Source of the DNA: Neoconidiobolus thromboides FSU 785 | Taxonomy: Eukaryota > Fungi > Entomophthoromycota | Assembly (NCBI GenBank): GCA_025603075.1 | Contig: MU626336.1 | Coordinates: forward strand, 1 to 64,000 | Direction: 5' to 3' | Length of the DNA stretch: 64,000 nucleotides | Shown here: positions 1 to 11,197 of the stretch, piece by piece | How positions within the stretch are numbered: the first letter of the stretch is position 1 | How the letters are laid out: each line of letters starts with the position of its first letter | Notes under the pieces: model-generated | Databases searched by the model: none | What the model saw: only the letters and a program-made list of their open reading frames with translations | Told to the model about the DNA's origin: nothing | Position numbers and translations under genes: made by a program

Positions 1-6
1 TTTGCA

Positions 7-573
7 GTGGAATCTTCCATGTCAAGGGTTCTTCCAGCTACCTATAAACTAACCCCATCTCAATCCGGTTTAACTTTCGTACCATTAGGTATAGGTAGTA
101 TTTTAGGAAACCTTATTGGTGGAAAGGCATCTGATATGTCATACCAAAAATACAAAGCTATCAATAATGGAAAAGATCCCCATCCTGAAGTTAGATTTTA
201 TGGCTTATGGTCAGGGTCATTTATCGAAGTGACCGGTTTATTAATGACTGCTTGGTTTGTTACTTTTAAATTACATTTAGCCTCTGTCTTGGTTGGTGGA
301 TTCCTCATTGGATTAGGAAATACAATGTCAGTTATCTCTTGTTCAAGTTATTTGGTGGATGTTTTTCCTGATTATGCTAGCTCTATTGCAGCATGTTTTA
401 GTGCATTCCAACTAATGGTTAGTGCTATACTTATTGCTGTAAATGGTACCATATTAAACAAATTAACTTATGGCGGTGGCATTACGTTATATGCTTGTCT
501 TTGTTTCTGTGTTACAATAACGATATTTTTAATGTTCTATAAGGGAGAAAGCATCAGAAAAAAATTCAGTTAG
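7..573 (+). CDS. MFS drug:H+ antiporter (DHA1-like), C-terminal part; gene starts before the window
   Basis: ORF aligns closely with the C-terminal half of the full-length MFS at 3873-5285 (GLTFVPLGIGSILGNLIGGK, PEVRFYGLWSGS, SSYLVDVFPDYASS). Confidence 0.9.
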   Translation: MESSMSRVLPATYKLTPSQSGLTFVPLGIGSILGNLIGGKASDMSYQKYKAINNGKDPHPEVRFYGLWSGSFIEVTGLLMTAWFVTFKLHLASVLVGGFLIGLGNTMSVISCSSYLVDVFPDYASSIAACFSAFQLMVSAILIAVNGTILNKLTYGGGITLYACLCFCVTITIFLMFYKGESIRKKFS

Positions 574-1090
574 TACACCAAAGTTCAATGTTTATTTCAT
601 TATTTTTAAATAGTCTGGAATAACTTCAAATTTTATCATGCTATAAATAAACAGTTGCCTCTTATAACAAAGTAAGACCTGATATATATTTAATTTCTTA
701 CTTCTCTTCAATAAACTAATTTTCATTAAATATCACTAATATCACAATTTATTCAACTTTTCATGAGTAATAATCAGGCTTTCTTATGTATAAATATATA
801 TTAACTGGTTATTTAACGTTTTGTTACTGATTCCATATTTCAATGAAAAATCAATGTTTAAATTGATGGTTGAGTATAAAATTAAAATATATGCCTAATT
901 CAAATACTAGGATTAACAAGAAATCGAATATCGCTCATGAACGTCTATTATAGCGGAAGCTGAGGCAAAAATTAATTACTTTTTGTAGCATAGAATTTTT
1001 TTGAGCAACTGAATTTTGCAATCTCAAAATGACGTCATCGTTTTAAATAGCTTGAGTGAAATTCAACTGTTTTGATAGGTTGAATTTATA

Positions 1091-1187
1091 AGTGGTATTT
1101 TTCATTTCATCTTCTCTTACATTTTTAGGCGCTACTTGAGTGGACAAATCGTATGTAAAATCCTTAAACAAAAAAATATACCACCCC
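1091..1187 (-). mobile_element. ~98-bp MITE-like element, copy A (degenerate)
   Basis: Core GCGCTACTTGAGTGG is the reverse complement of the family core CCACTCAAATAGCGC; right end ...ATACCACCCC. Confidence 0.7.
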
Positions 1188-1233
1188 ATAGTTATTTTTA
1201 AAGAGTTTAGCTAAAATTTTCGTAGATAAATGT

Positions 1234-1332
1234 GGTGATGTTTTTTTTTGGCTTTGTCACTTTTTCCATCCTTTAAGCGCTATTTAGGCGAAAAAGCCAT
1301 TAATAAAATTATTAAACACAAAAATACGCCCC
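1234..1332 (-). mobile_element. MITE-like element, copy B
   Basis: GGTGATGTTTTTTT...AAGCGCTATTTAGGCG...AATACGCCCC; flanks ATGT/ATAT. Confidence 0.8.
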
Positions 1333-2812
1333 ATATGTTTTTCTAATAAGATCAAGTGTGGTGTTGAGATCACCAGAATTTGCCTCAAAATGGTGTAATA
1401 AATATCCAACCTAATACACTACCATGGAGTAATTTATAGTTGATACTCTATACATTTACTCGTGAGACTTGTGCTATTTTAGTTATGAAATTCATTCACT
1501 ATCTTTAAATGCCTAGGTTATTTTTTAACGAACAAATTTCTTTGATTGCTTTTACTGCTTCGCTACAAGATTCTTCTGGAGCAAAATAGTTACTCTCTAT
1601 ATAAAAATGAAGGCTAACTTATTATAACCATACAATCGGAATCAATATCAACGCTTTTGATCCAAGAAGTTGCAATTGGTGTATATATTGAATGAAACTC
1701 GTCCATTAAATCTTCACCTTGCTATTACACATTACCAGATTCCATCGCTTCTAAACAAAGTCGATATGTAGCGCCTGAAGAGCTAGCATTATAGTCATAA
1801 ATGTATTTTAGCTCTTTACATCGATTTGATTTTAGCATACCTTGAAGAATACGTACTTGTATTTAGATAGCACGTGATACAAATTAAGAATCGGTCCTAT
1901 GACCAGCGTCAAAAGATAAAGATGGTTATCAACTCTAAGTTTAATTTTTTTACTATAGGAGCGAATAGATTCTGATAAAAAATCCATTTCTAAAATTTTT
2001 CATAGTTTGGTCTTATTTCGCCTAAATTGAGATCCACTTATCCAATACAAATCTAAACGCAAATAGTTTTATACGAATTTATAATTATATATAAAGATTG
2101 ATACAAAAATGTGAACAAATTGAATTAAAGGAATGGTCCAAAAAATCCACAGAAATACTTTTATTGAGTTTGCTCATTTCAGATATTTATATGCCAGTTA
2201 ATATCTCGACTAAGATTTGTGGAATCTTTTAAGCTGAAGCAAAATTAATCTCACTATTAAACCTGAATTGTATAAACTATATATCATTAAGAGACTTCAA
2301 ACCATATTATTATCTCTGATATAGATTTAAAGCTTTTTGAGAATAAAGTCTAGTGTTTCTATAAATGAAAATGATATAAGAAAACTTCAGCTTAAATAGT
2401 TGAAAACTTTGGTAAGTTATGCATTTGCTAACTCCTATAACTATGCAAATATAAGTTAATAGTAAAGTTTAAAATCTAGTAATGTATTTGAGATATGTTC
2501 AAAACTTACAAAGTTATAACTAAGTTATCACATTGATTCCTTTTATATTTGTTTACAATCTATAGGTATTTTCTGAGTTTTGAAAATTAATTTGTCTATT
2601 TTGGAAATCTTTCAAGCTTAAAAGTTTAAGCTTTTGCAGTTTAAAATTTCTCTGTTCTAGATCAAGAAACCAACAATAGATCTATTCAAAAAATGATCAA
2701 GTAAGGGAATTTATTAAACATCTTTAACTATCTCATAAGATGGCTAGTAAATCACTTCGATAGCACTTCACATAAATATTCTGCTGAAACATTTATTTCA
2801 TTTCCTATAAAC

Positions 2813-2908
2813 GGAGCTGTTTTTTTGGTCTCATTGTTTTTCCATTTTTTAAGCGCTATTTGAGTGGAAAGATTGTAGTAAAGTTCTTGAACAAAAAAAC
2901 ACATCCCC
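2813..2908 (-). mobile_element. MITE-like element, copy C
   Basis: GGAGCTGTTTTTTT...AAGCGCTATTTGAGTGG...ACATCCCC. Confidence 0.8.
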
Positions 2909-3872
2909 ATGTACTATTTATAAAATATAATGGACGTTTTTTTAAATATAGTTTGTTTTTTAAGTATTCACGAGATAGTACTAATAAAAGCTCGAATTTC
3001 GTAGAATAACTGAAGATACTAGACGTAGGAATTAGATAAAATTCATTTCCCTAAGCCTTTCTAAAAAAGCTATAGATTTTATTGAAACTTTTATCAATGA
3101 AAAAATGTTAATACCTTTCGTTTACTTTCCTTTTAATTAGTACACTCATTATCTAATAGGTATAGTAACTTTTGAGCTATAATAGCTCTATTTTGAAACT
3201 TCAACCCTTCAAGCGAGGTAAAATAAAATTTATGGTTATGCTATTGTTGGTAGATAATTAAAAAGTGGTGAGTATTAATCCAGAATAAGATATTGGTCAT
3301 TGTAGAATAAATAAATAAAATATTTCTTATGAAAAGTAAAAAATCTTTGAATAGTGGTATAAACATAGCAAAAACTCTATTCATCTTCGTCCAAATAACC
3401 TTCCTTTTTAATTCAGCATGACTATAAAATATATTTTCAGTAAAATACTAAAATAATTTACACCAATAATATTTTTGAAGGACTTGGCGCTTTTGTCAGG
3501 AATTGGAATACCAAGATTAAAATAAAACCTAAAAAGACAATAATTATGAAAGTGTGATACCAATCATGTAATAGCCTTTTGCAGAACTGAGTTGCTGTAT
3601 TACTAATATTAATAGGCCGATTGTCCTTTGATCGAAACTAAATAAAGTAAATTATTGTATTGATAATAAAAAAATCAAGCAAGCGCGATCATTGGCTGTT
3701 CTAATCTTTGTAGTTTTTTTTATTAGAAATCCAAACTATCCGGAAATCGGTTACCATGAAATCATAATTTATTATTACAAAGCATCTATACCCCAGTGTA
3801 TATTAATTGAGGACAAAAATGAAAATTTTATTTACTTTCTTTTTGATTGAATAATCCTATAGTTTAATAAAA

Positions 3873-5285
3873 ATGAATGAAGTTTCAAAGCCATCAAATA
3901 CCATAGTTATGGATGAAAAGATAGAGGATAGCAAACTAGAATTAGGTAGTACTGCTGAAGAAAATTCAGTACAATATTCAAAATTCCGCAGGAGTATTAT
4001 ACTCTTAGTTATTGCCTTTGCCGCTATTTTAGCACCATTATCCTCAACAATTTATTTTCCAAGTCTTGGGGAAATAAGAGAAGAACTTGTAACAACGGAC
4101 TTATTAGTCGATATATCCATTTCTGTTTATATGCTTACATTAGGCCTTGCACCATTAGTTTGGGGTGGAATGGCAGACAGATTTGGTAGAAAAGGTGTAT
4201 TTTTAGTTACCCAGGTTATATTTACAATTGGAAATATTGGTTGTGCTTTATCTAACAGTATAGGACTTTTGATAGCAATGAGAATAATTCAAGGTATAGG
4301 TGCATCTGCTCCTATTGTAACTGGTATAGGCACAATTACTGATATTTTCCCAAGACAAGAGCAAGGCTTTGCAATGTCAGTATTTTTTGTAGGTCCATTA
4401 GTAGGGCCAGTAATAGGACCAATTATTGGTGGCTTCTTGTTTGATGCTTTTGGTTGGAGATCTACTTTTTGGACTTTAACCATTTTAGGAGGAATTCTTT
4501 TAGTTGCATCTGTCTTTTTACTACCAGAAACTCTGGCAAAATCAGCTAAACAAGAATTTCCGATAAAAATAACTTTAAAACCTTTAAGGATTCGCAAAGG
4601 TGGTAAAATGTTTAACCCGCTTTCACCATTGGGATTTTTAAGATTTCCTATTGTTGTTATACCTTGTATTTGCATTGCTATCACTTTTGGAACTTTTTTT
4701 GCAGTGGAATCTTCCATGTCAAGAGTTTTCCCATCTACTTATAATTTAACTGCATCTCAATCTGGATTAACTTTTATACCATTGGGCGTAGGTAGTATTT
4801 TAGGAAATCTTCTTGGTGGAAAGATATGTGATAGATCATTTCGAAGATTCAAAGCTAAGAATAATGGTAACGATCCTAGACCAGAAGTCCGATTTTATGG
4901 TTTATGGTCAGGATCCTTAATTGAAGCAGCTGGTTTATTAATGACAGCTTGGTTCGTCACATATCAATTCCCATTAGCAGCCTCTTTAACAGCAGGGTTT
5001 TTAATTGGATTTGGAAATACAATGTCGATTATCTCTTGTTCAAGCTATCTTGTTGATAACTTCCCAGATTATGCTAGCTCGATTGCAGCTTGCTTTAGTG
5101 CATTTGAAATGGTAATTACTGCTATAATTACTGCTATAAATGCCCTTATATTAGATGGCTTGGGTTACGGGGGAGGTATTACATTGTATGCCTGCCTTGT
5201 TTTATGTGTTACTATAACTATATTTTTGATGTATTATAAGGGAGAAAGTATTAGAAAAAGATTTGGTCCATATAATTCAGCTTAA
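3873..5285 (+). CDS. MFS drug:H+ antiporter (DHA1 family), intronless
   Basis: 470-aa ORF with about 12 hydrophobic segments, motif A (GGMADRFGRK), motif C (GPLVGPVIGPIIGG) and the PEVR motif. Confidence 0.93.
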   Translation: MNEVSKPSNTIVMDEKIEDSKLELGSTAEENSVQYSKFRRSIILLVIAFAAILAPLSSTIYFPSLGEIREELVTTDLLVDISISVYMLTLGLAPLVWGGMADRFGRKGVFLVTQVIFTIGNIGCALSNSIGLLIAMRIIQGIGASAPIVTGIGTITDIFPRQEQGFAMSVFFVGPLVGPVIGPIIGGFLFDAFGWRSTFWTLTILGGILLVASVFLLPETLAKSAKQEFPIKITLKPLRIRKGGKMFNPLSPLGFLRFPIVVIPCICIAITFGTFFAVESSMSRVFPSTYNLTASQSGLTFIPLGVGSILGNLLGGKICDRSFRRFKAKNNGNDPRPEVRFYGLWSGSLIEAAGLLMTAWFVTYQFPLAASLTAGFLIGFGNTMSIISCSSYLVDNFPDYASSIAACFSAFEMVITAIITAINALILDGLGYGGGITLYACLVLCVTITIFLMYYKGESIRKRFGPYNSA

Positions 5286-5868
5286 AAGCTAGTATATCTT
5301 TTTTAAATTTAATTATTATAAAACTGAAATTTATTGTTATAATTAATAAAAGTTAAATAATTTACATAACTATCTTGTTTACAGGTTAATTATTGATTTA
5401 GGTAGCAACTACTACCTTTTATTTTGTTTTATTTTTTACAAATGAAATTTAACTATTATAGGAAACATTAGGTATACGACATCAATTAATTTAAGGGATA
5501 TTATGCCTCTTTATTAATTTTAATTGAAATTAGGTTGTTAATTAATTCTTTAATTGATAATGAAAATAGAATTGTATTTAATGCTACGTAAATTTATACC
5601 ATTTTGCAAACATTATTAACTGTAATAATGTTTTAAAGCTGTATTACAATTAGTAATTTTAGATAGGAATACATTCAGTAAACTGTCAACTAGCATTAAT
5701 TATCGTATTATCATATTAAACATTATAATTTCATTATCTAGATTTAAAAAAACGAAATCAAATAAGAAACTAAATAAGATGATTCCCAGAATTTATTAAC
5801 TAAACTTAATCATTTGAATGATTAACAATTAAACTTAAGAAGAAAGGTATGTGATCAAAAGAGTTTCA

Positions 5869-7443
5869 TTAATTATTAGGACCAAATCTATTTCTAAGGT
5901 AAACCCCTTTATAAATTAAGCTAATTAGAGTTAAACAAACAATAAAACACATAGCAGCCCAAAAAGTAAATGCCCAACCAAAACTGATAGCTTCAATTAA
6001 TGGAGTATTAATAGCGGTAACAATGGCTGTAAATATTAATTCGACACAAGAATAACAAGCTGCAATTGAAGAAGCATAATTTGGAAAGATATCGACCAAA
6101 TAATTACTAAGTCCAATTAAACTAGATGTATTTCCAATACCAACGATCATATTACCCACTAAGGTTGCCCATAAATTAAATTTATATTCTAAAAACCAAC
6201 CATATAACAAATGACCAGCTAAAATTATAAGTGATCCAATCCATAATAAATGTAATCGAACTTCAGGTTGCGGTGTTCCTTTTTTTTCTGCTCTTCTATA
6301 TGTTAAATCTGATATCCTTCCAGCTACTAAATTACCAAGTATGGAACCAATTCCTAAAGCAACAAATGTGAGCCCTACTTGAGACGAATTCAATTCATAA
6401 ATCGTAGCCATAGCTCTAGATTGTGATGATTCCACAGCAAAAAAAGAACCAAATACCAAAGAGATACAAAATACAGCAAGTATAACTACTGGGTATTTTA
6501 AAAATCCTAATGGGAAAAGTGGATTAAAAATAGGCCCATCTCTTTTAATTGAAAATGGGCTCAATGTAAATTTATATGGCGGTTTTTGAAACGATGCCAA
6601 TGGTAAGGTTTCTTTCAATAAAAATAGGGAACTTATTAATAAAATTCCTCCTAATATAGCTAGAGTCCAAAAGCAAGACCTCCAGCCTAAATATTGATTT
6701 AGAAATCCACCTATGATAGGACCTAAATTATTGAAATTATATTAATAATACACTCGAACATCTTTGATGATTCACTTACCTATCACTGGACCAACTAAAG
6801 GACCAAGGAAAAAAATAGACAAAGCTGAGCCACGCTCATTTCTTGGATATAAATCAGTGATAGTACCCACCCCAGTAACAATGGGAGCAGAAGAACCAAT
6901 GCCTTGGATCATTCTTAATACGATTAGAGCATTTATATTTGTTGATAAAGCACAACCAATATTACCACAAGTATAAATCACTTGAGATATTATATAAACA
7001 TTACGACGCCCATAGCGATCAGATAAACCTCCCCATATCAATGGCTAATTGATGAAAAAAACAGGGTCAATGTAATTAAAGTGGTATTCCAATATAAAAC
7101 TTACAAATAATCCTAAACAAAGCATGAATACAGAGATGGTAGCGTCTACTAAAGAAGCTGTTGTATTTAACTCCTCTTTAATTACTTCAAGGGAAGGAAA
7201 CTAATTAAATTTAGAACTTTTAAATTGGAATTAATTAATTGAAATTACATAAATGGTTGAAGATAAAGGCGATAAGATGGCTGAAACAGATACTAAAATT
7301 AGCATCAAACTACGTCTTAATTTACTAAACCTTTTGTATTGCTCTTCTTCAGCAGTTTCTTCACAAGTTATTTTTGGCTCTAATCCCCAATCTTCTAACT
7401 CTTTCATGCTCATTTGATCTTTATCCATTTGATCTTTATCCAT
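5869..7443 (-). CDS. MFS drug:H+ antiporter (DHA1 family), 4 exons
   Basis: ORF pieces 7231-7443, 6772-7041 and 5869-6618 join through three GT-AG introns (STIY|FPSL, LGLF|PLIWGG, PVIG|PIIGG); motif GGLSDRYGRR. Confidence 0.9.
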
Positions 7444-8478
7444 TTCTATTATTATTAATATGCTTGATTTTCAAATTAATAAAAAAACAAAAAAAATAAA
7501 ATTCATCAACTTTCAAGTTTATTAAGAACAAGAACCTTAAGGTTTTAATAGAATCGAATTTTTTTAAATTTCATCAATTTTTTCGGAGATTGCGCGTACT
7601 ATCCGCTTTCATGAGATTCAAACTATCCTTAATTTGGTTAAGGAGGGGTGCTAATCTCAATGTTTAGCCAGAAAATTTAAAAATTTCTAGTTGCAATTTA
7701 ATTATTAATTTTACTAAATCTATTTTTAACTAAAAATATTATTTGCTTACGATTCGCAATTTATTTTGATTGGCTAAGTATTAAGTTCTCGACTGAAGTT
7801 AATAAATTTTATAGTTTTATAAGAATTGAATTTTAATGAGCATTAATATATATACTATTAAAAAATAACATAAATAGATCGAAGTTTGCCCCGAGGTTCA
7901 ATTATTTTCCGAGTTATTGGAAATAGTTGATTGTTTTAGCATTGAATCTTATAAGTAATATTTTTTTGCTGATATTATGAATTAGTGCTATAAATTATAT
8001 AAGAATTTTTCATAAACGTTTGTAACTTATGCTATACCAATTTTTCTTTTAGCAAGTGTCAATATATACAAAGTTTCTTCGTAATACTAAATTGGGTTTA
8101 AAAAACTTCAGGTAAGTCATTTGCAATTAGTTTTATAAACTTTAATATATGGCAAATTGTTTTTTTAACATCTAAAAAATTATTAAAAGTTTCTAAAAAA
8201 ACTTCTATTTAAAAGGAAATTATGAGGTAAATAGTTTTAAAAAATTTCAGGGTGCTCTTTCTATTTTCATATAGAAAGTTGGACTTTTTTAATGATACAA
8301 CTTTCCTTGCCCCTCACCTGGTTTTACAACACCTTTATCTCTTTTTATTTTTTCTTTCATAAATAAATATATAGAGATTGTTTAGCTGACTCTTCTAAAA
8401 TCCAAAAAAACGTGTTATTATAAATTATTTGTTAATATATAAAGAATAAACTTAATCTACCTTTAAAAATCCTAATAT

Positions 8479-8574
8479 GAAGGATGTTTTTGGTTTTAGC
8501 CTTTTTTCCGTTTTTAAGTGCAAATTGCGAGAAAAAATTATTAGTGAAATTATTAAACAAAAAAATATATCTCC
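8479..8574 (-). mobile_element. MITE-like element, copy D
   Basis: GAAGGATGTTTTTGG...ATATCTCC flanked by ATAT/ATAT. Confidence 0.75.
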
Positions 8575-8756
8575 ATATTTTGCCTATTATCTTGAAAATA
8601 AGAAAGATCATTATTTTTTTCATTAGTTTCATTGATACAATTACTACTTTTAATAGGTTTATAAGGATTTTCACTTATCTCAACATTTTGGATAACCCAA
8701 TTTATAAATAATTTCTATATAATTGGTAACATTTATAAAGCAAGCAATAAGTATAT

Positions 8757-8854
8757 GGGGATGTATTTTTGTGTCTAGGAATTTTGCTGACAATTTTTCC
8801 ACTCAAATAGCGCTTGGAAGGTGAAAAAAGTAATGAAGCTAAAAAAACATCCAC
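8757..8854 (+). mobile_element. MITE-like element, copy E
   Basis: GGGGATGTATTTTTG...CCACTCAAATAGCGCTT...AAAAAACATCCAC flanked by ATAT/ATAT. Confidence 0.85.
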
Positions 8855-9699
8855 ATATAATTTTTATGAATAATGCTATCAAATAAGCTTTTAACTATTT
8901 CTTTACATATAGGATCATTGCTTTCCCGAGCTACTATACAAGTTACATTAGAAGTTGTGAGTCCTTGTAGTGTGAAGTTACAAAAGCACGCATACCCTTT
9001 TTTCAATGTTTTTCTAGTACTAGTTGATTTTCCAAAACCTTCAATTGTACAACCAAAGTTATAAGATATTAATCATGGTTTTTCAACTATTAAACTTAAA
9101 ATTACAGCTGTTGTTAAAAACTTTGTTATTTTCATCTTCGTGTTTTTTCTTAGTATTTCTAATAAACGATATTGCTGCCTTTTATACTACTTTATATTAT
9201 TTGCACTTTGTAGTTCTACAAACTTGAATACTTGACATCTACTTTAAAATTCAATATAGAAGTTTTGATATAGGTTTTACTCAATTTGATGGAATTTTTC
9301 TATACTTTTTCTTTGAATGATCGCAAAATAATAAGATAATTTAAATACAAATTTAATAAAGTTCATAGCATTTTAGTTTATAAGCTAAATAAAGATACAG
9401 ATAATTAATTAATTTATATCCGTCTTGTATTTACACTATCACACTAGAAGCGCCTATTGTTGATACTTTATAATAAAATAGGTATATATTTGAAATTGGT
9501 TTATAGAAGGAAAAATGCAATTGTTTAGTGCATTTTTTATCATTTTACCTTATATATTAGTATTAATACTAACCTTTATTTATATTTATATTTATATTTA
9601 TTGTTCTATAGTAAGTACTTTGTATATGCTAGTTTAACCCAAGGTTCGATTATTTTTAGAGTTGATTATTATTAGTATAGTAAGCATAAGGGCTGTGAA

Positions 9700-10075
9700 A
9701 TCGGCTATTATTATTCAAGGTTAAGGTAAAAGCATGGACATAAGCCTTCATCATAATCATGAGATTTTGTGTTATGTTCTCAAGTTACATTAAACTCCTG
9801 CTCTTAAAATTAACTGTCACAATCAATGCTTCCGTCTCATTGCTTGATATTTAGATTGGATTTGACGAATTATAATTTCAAATCGTAAAGTTTAACTTGT
9901 GACAACCTAAAAAAGATGGGACTAAGTTAAAATATTGTATAGCATTTGTGTGTCTCCCATTATACGTCTATTTATCCTTCCGCTTCATCCATTCTATTTA
10001 TTCTATGGACCTTCATTGAATTTTTATTATTCCTTAACAATAAAGTATTTGAAAGCTTTACTTTTTCACCGTTTT
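9700..10075 (-). mobile_element. Degenerate LTR-retrotransposon (copia-like) integrase relic
   Basis: Minus-strand translation P*NK*NG*SGRINRRIMGDTQMLYNILT*SHLF* resembles PQQNGxAERxNRTxM...ML...LP..FW; a later KAYVH resembles FGCxAYVH; many stops and frameshifts. Confidence 0.45.
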
Positions 10076-10652
10076 TGAATAAGGTGCACGGGAACAGTTT
10101 TTTATTCTAGTGTTTGTTAAGAGATATTTTTTTGAAGCTTCCTATGTTCAATAAAAATGGATAAAGTAATAACATCATAAGAATATTTATTTATTGGTTT
10201 TATAAAATAATTATTATTAAGTTGAATATTTATTCAAATTTTAACCGATATGTTGAATTTGTTTATATTGAATATTGATTGAAAGATAAAATTGACTTTA
10301 AACAATCATAGAAAAACTACTTAAACGATATTTATTAGCTCCCGTTACCTTTTGTCCTTAATTTCCTTCATCATTATATAACTTTTTATAGTGTAAAATA
10401 GGCCATGGTTTTTATACAGATAAATAAATGAAAAAGAATTATTTATTATAATAAATTTGCATAAAAATAATAACAAAAACTATGAAAATTCATTTTATAT
10501 AAATTGCCATTAAAAAATAATCAAAGATATAACTTTTATTTGAAATAAAACTTTAAATTGGATGATCTTCAATATTAACAGTAATAATTAGAAGTGAACT
10601 TGACAAAAAAGTGGCTAAAACAAAATAGTAAAAAGTTCGATAAAAAAGACAT

Positions 10653-10750
10653 GGGGATGTATTTTAGGTTTAAGAATTTTACTAATAAAATTTCCACTCA
10701 AATAGTGTTTAAAAGATAGAAAAAGTGATGAAGCCAAAAAAAACATTCCC
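10653..10750 (+). mobile_element. MITE-like element, copy F
   Basis: GGGGATGTATTTT...CCACTCAAATAGTG...AAAACATTCCC; flanks ACAT/ATAT. Confidence 0.85.
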
Positions 10751-11197
10751 ATATCTATTTTTATTCATTTTTAATTAGAACAATTAAAAATAAGAGAAGG
10801 TCATAATAGTAATAAAAGTTGAAAAAATAAACTATTAACAATAAATTGTATAGTATATTTATTTATAACAATATCAAACTAGAGTTTTGCAAATTTCTCA
10901 ACTCAATTAAAATAATTATTACTAAATTTTAATTTTAAAAAAGGAAAGGAAAATTAAGTTTTGAAACATTAATCGAAGATCGAAAATTTAATAAAAGGCC
11001 CAAATTAGAAAAAGTGATAAAAACAAAACGGTCTATTTACAAAATAATAGTCGATCAATTGTAATAAAATTCAATAAAAAAACTCATTCACTTTAACATA
11101 CTATCAAAAATAATAAACATTATTATTATTCATTTTATTAAATTTCTATTTACTTTCTTTTACTATTGTTTTTCTTTTTTTTACTTGAATATTATTA

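Noticed and set aside
1347-1362. TAAGATCAAGTGTGGT, a 15/16 match to the U2 snRNA branch-point region
   Set aside because: The GUAGUA box is altered, and neither the 5' stem-loop nor the downstream U2 sequence is present; probably chance or a tiny fragment.
4289-4717. 142-aa minus-strand ORF (similarly 6764-6976, 19149-19427, 19408-19608, 52864-53316, 55541-55792, 57579-57887, 28312-28551)
   Set aside because: Antisense shadows of well-supported genes, with no independent motifs.
8432-8711. Short ORFs at 8432-8674, 8484-8711, 24967-25182, 44468-44671 and 45929-46111
   Set aside because: They overlap MITE copies and reflect the element's A/T tracts, not genes.
9625-9665. GGTTCGATT B-box/T-loop-like word (also GAGTTCGATATC near 30231)
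   Set aside because: No cloverleaf, acceptor stem or correctly spaced A-box; no tRNA could be supported anywhere in the window.
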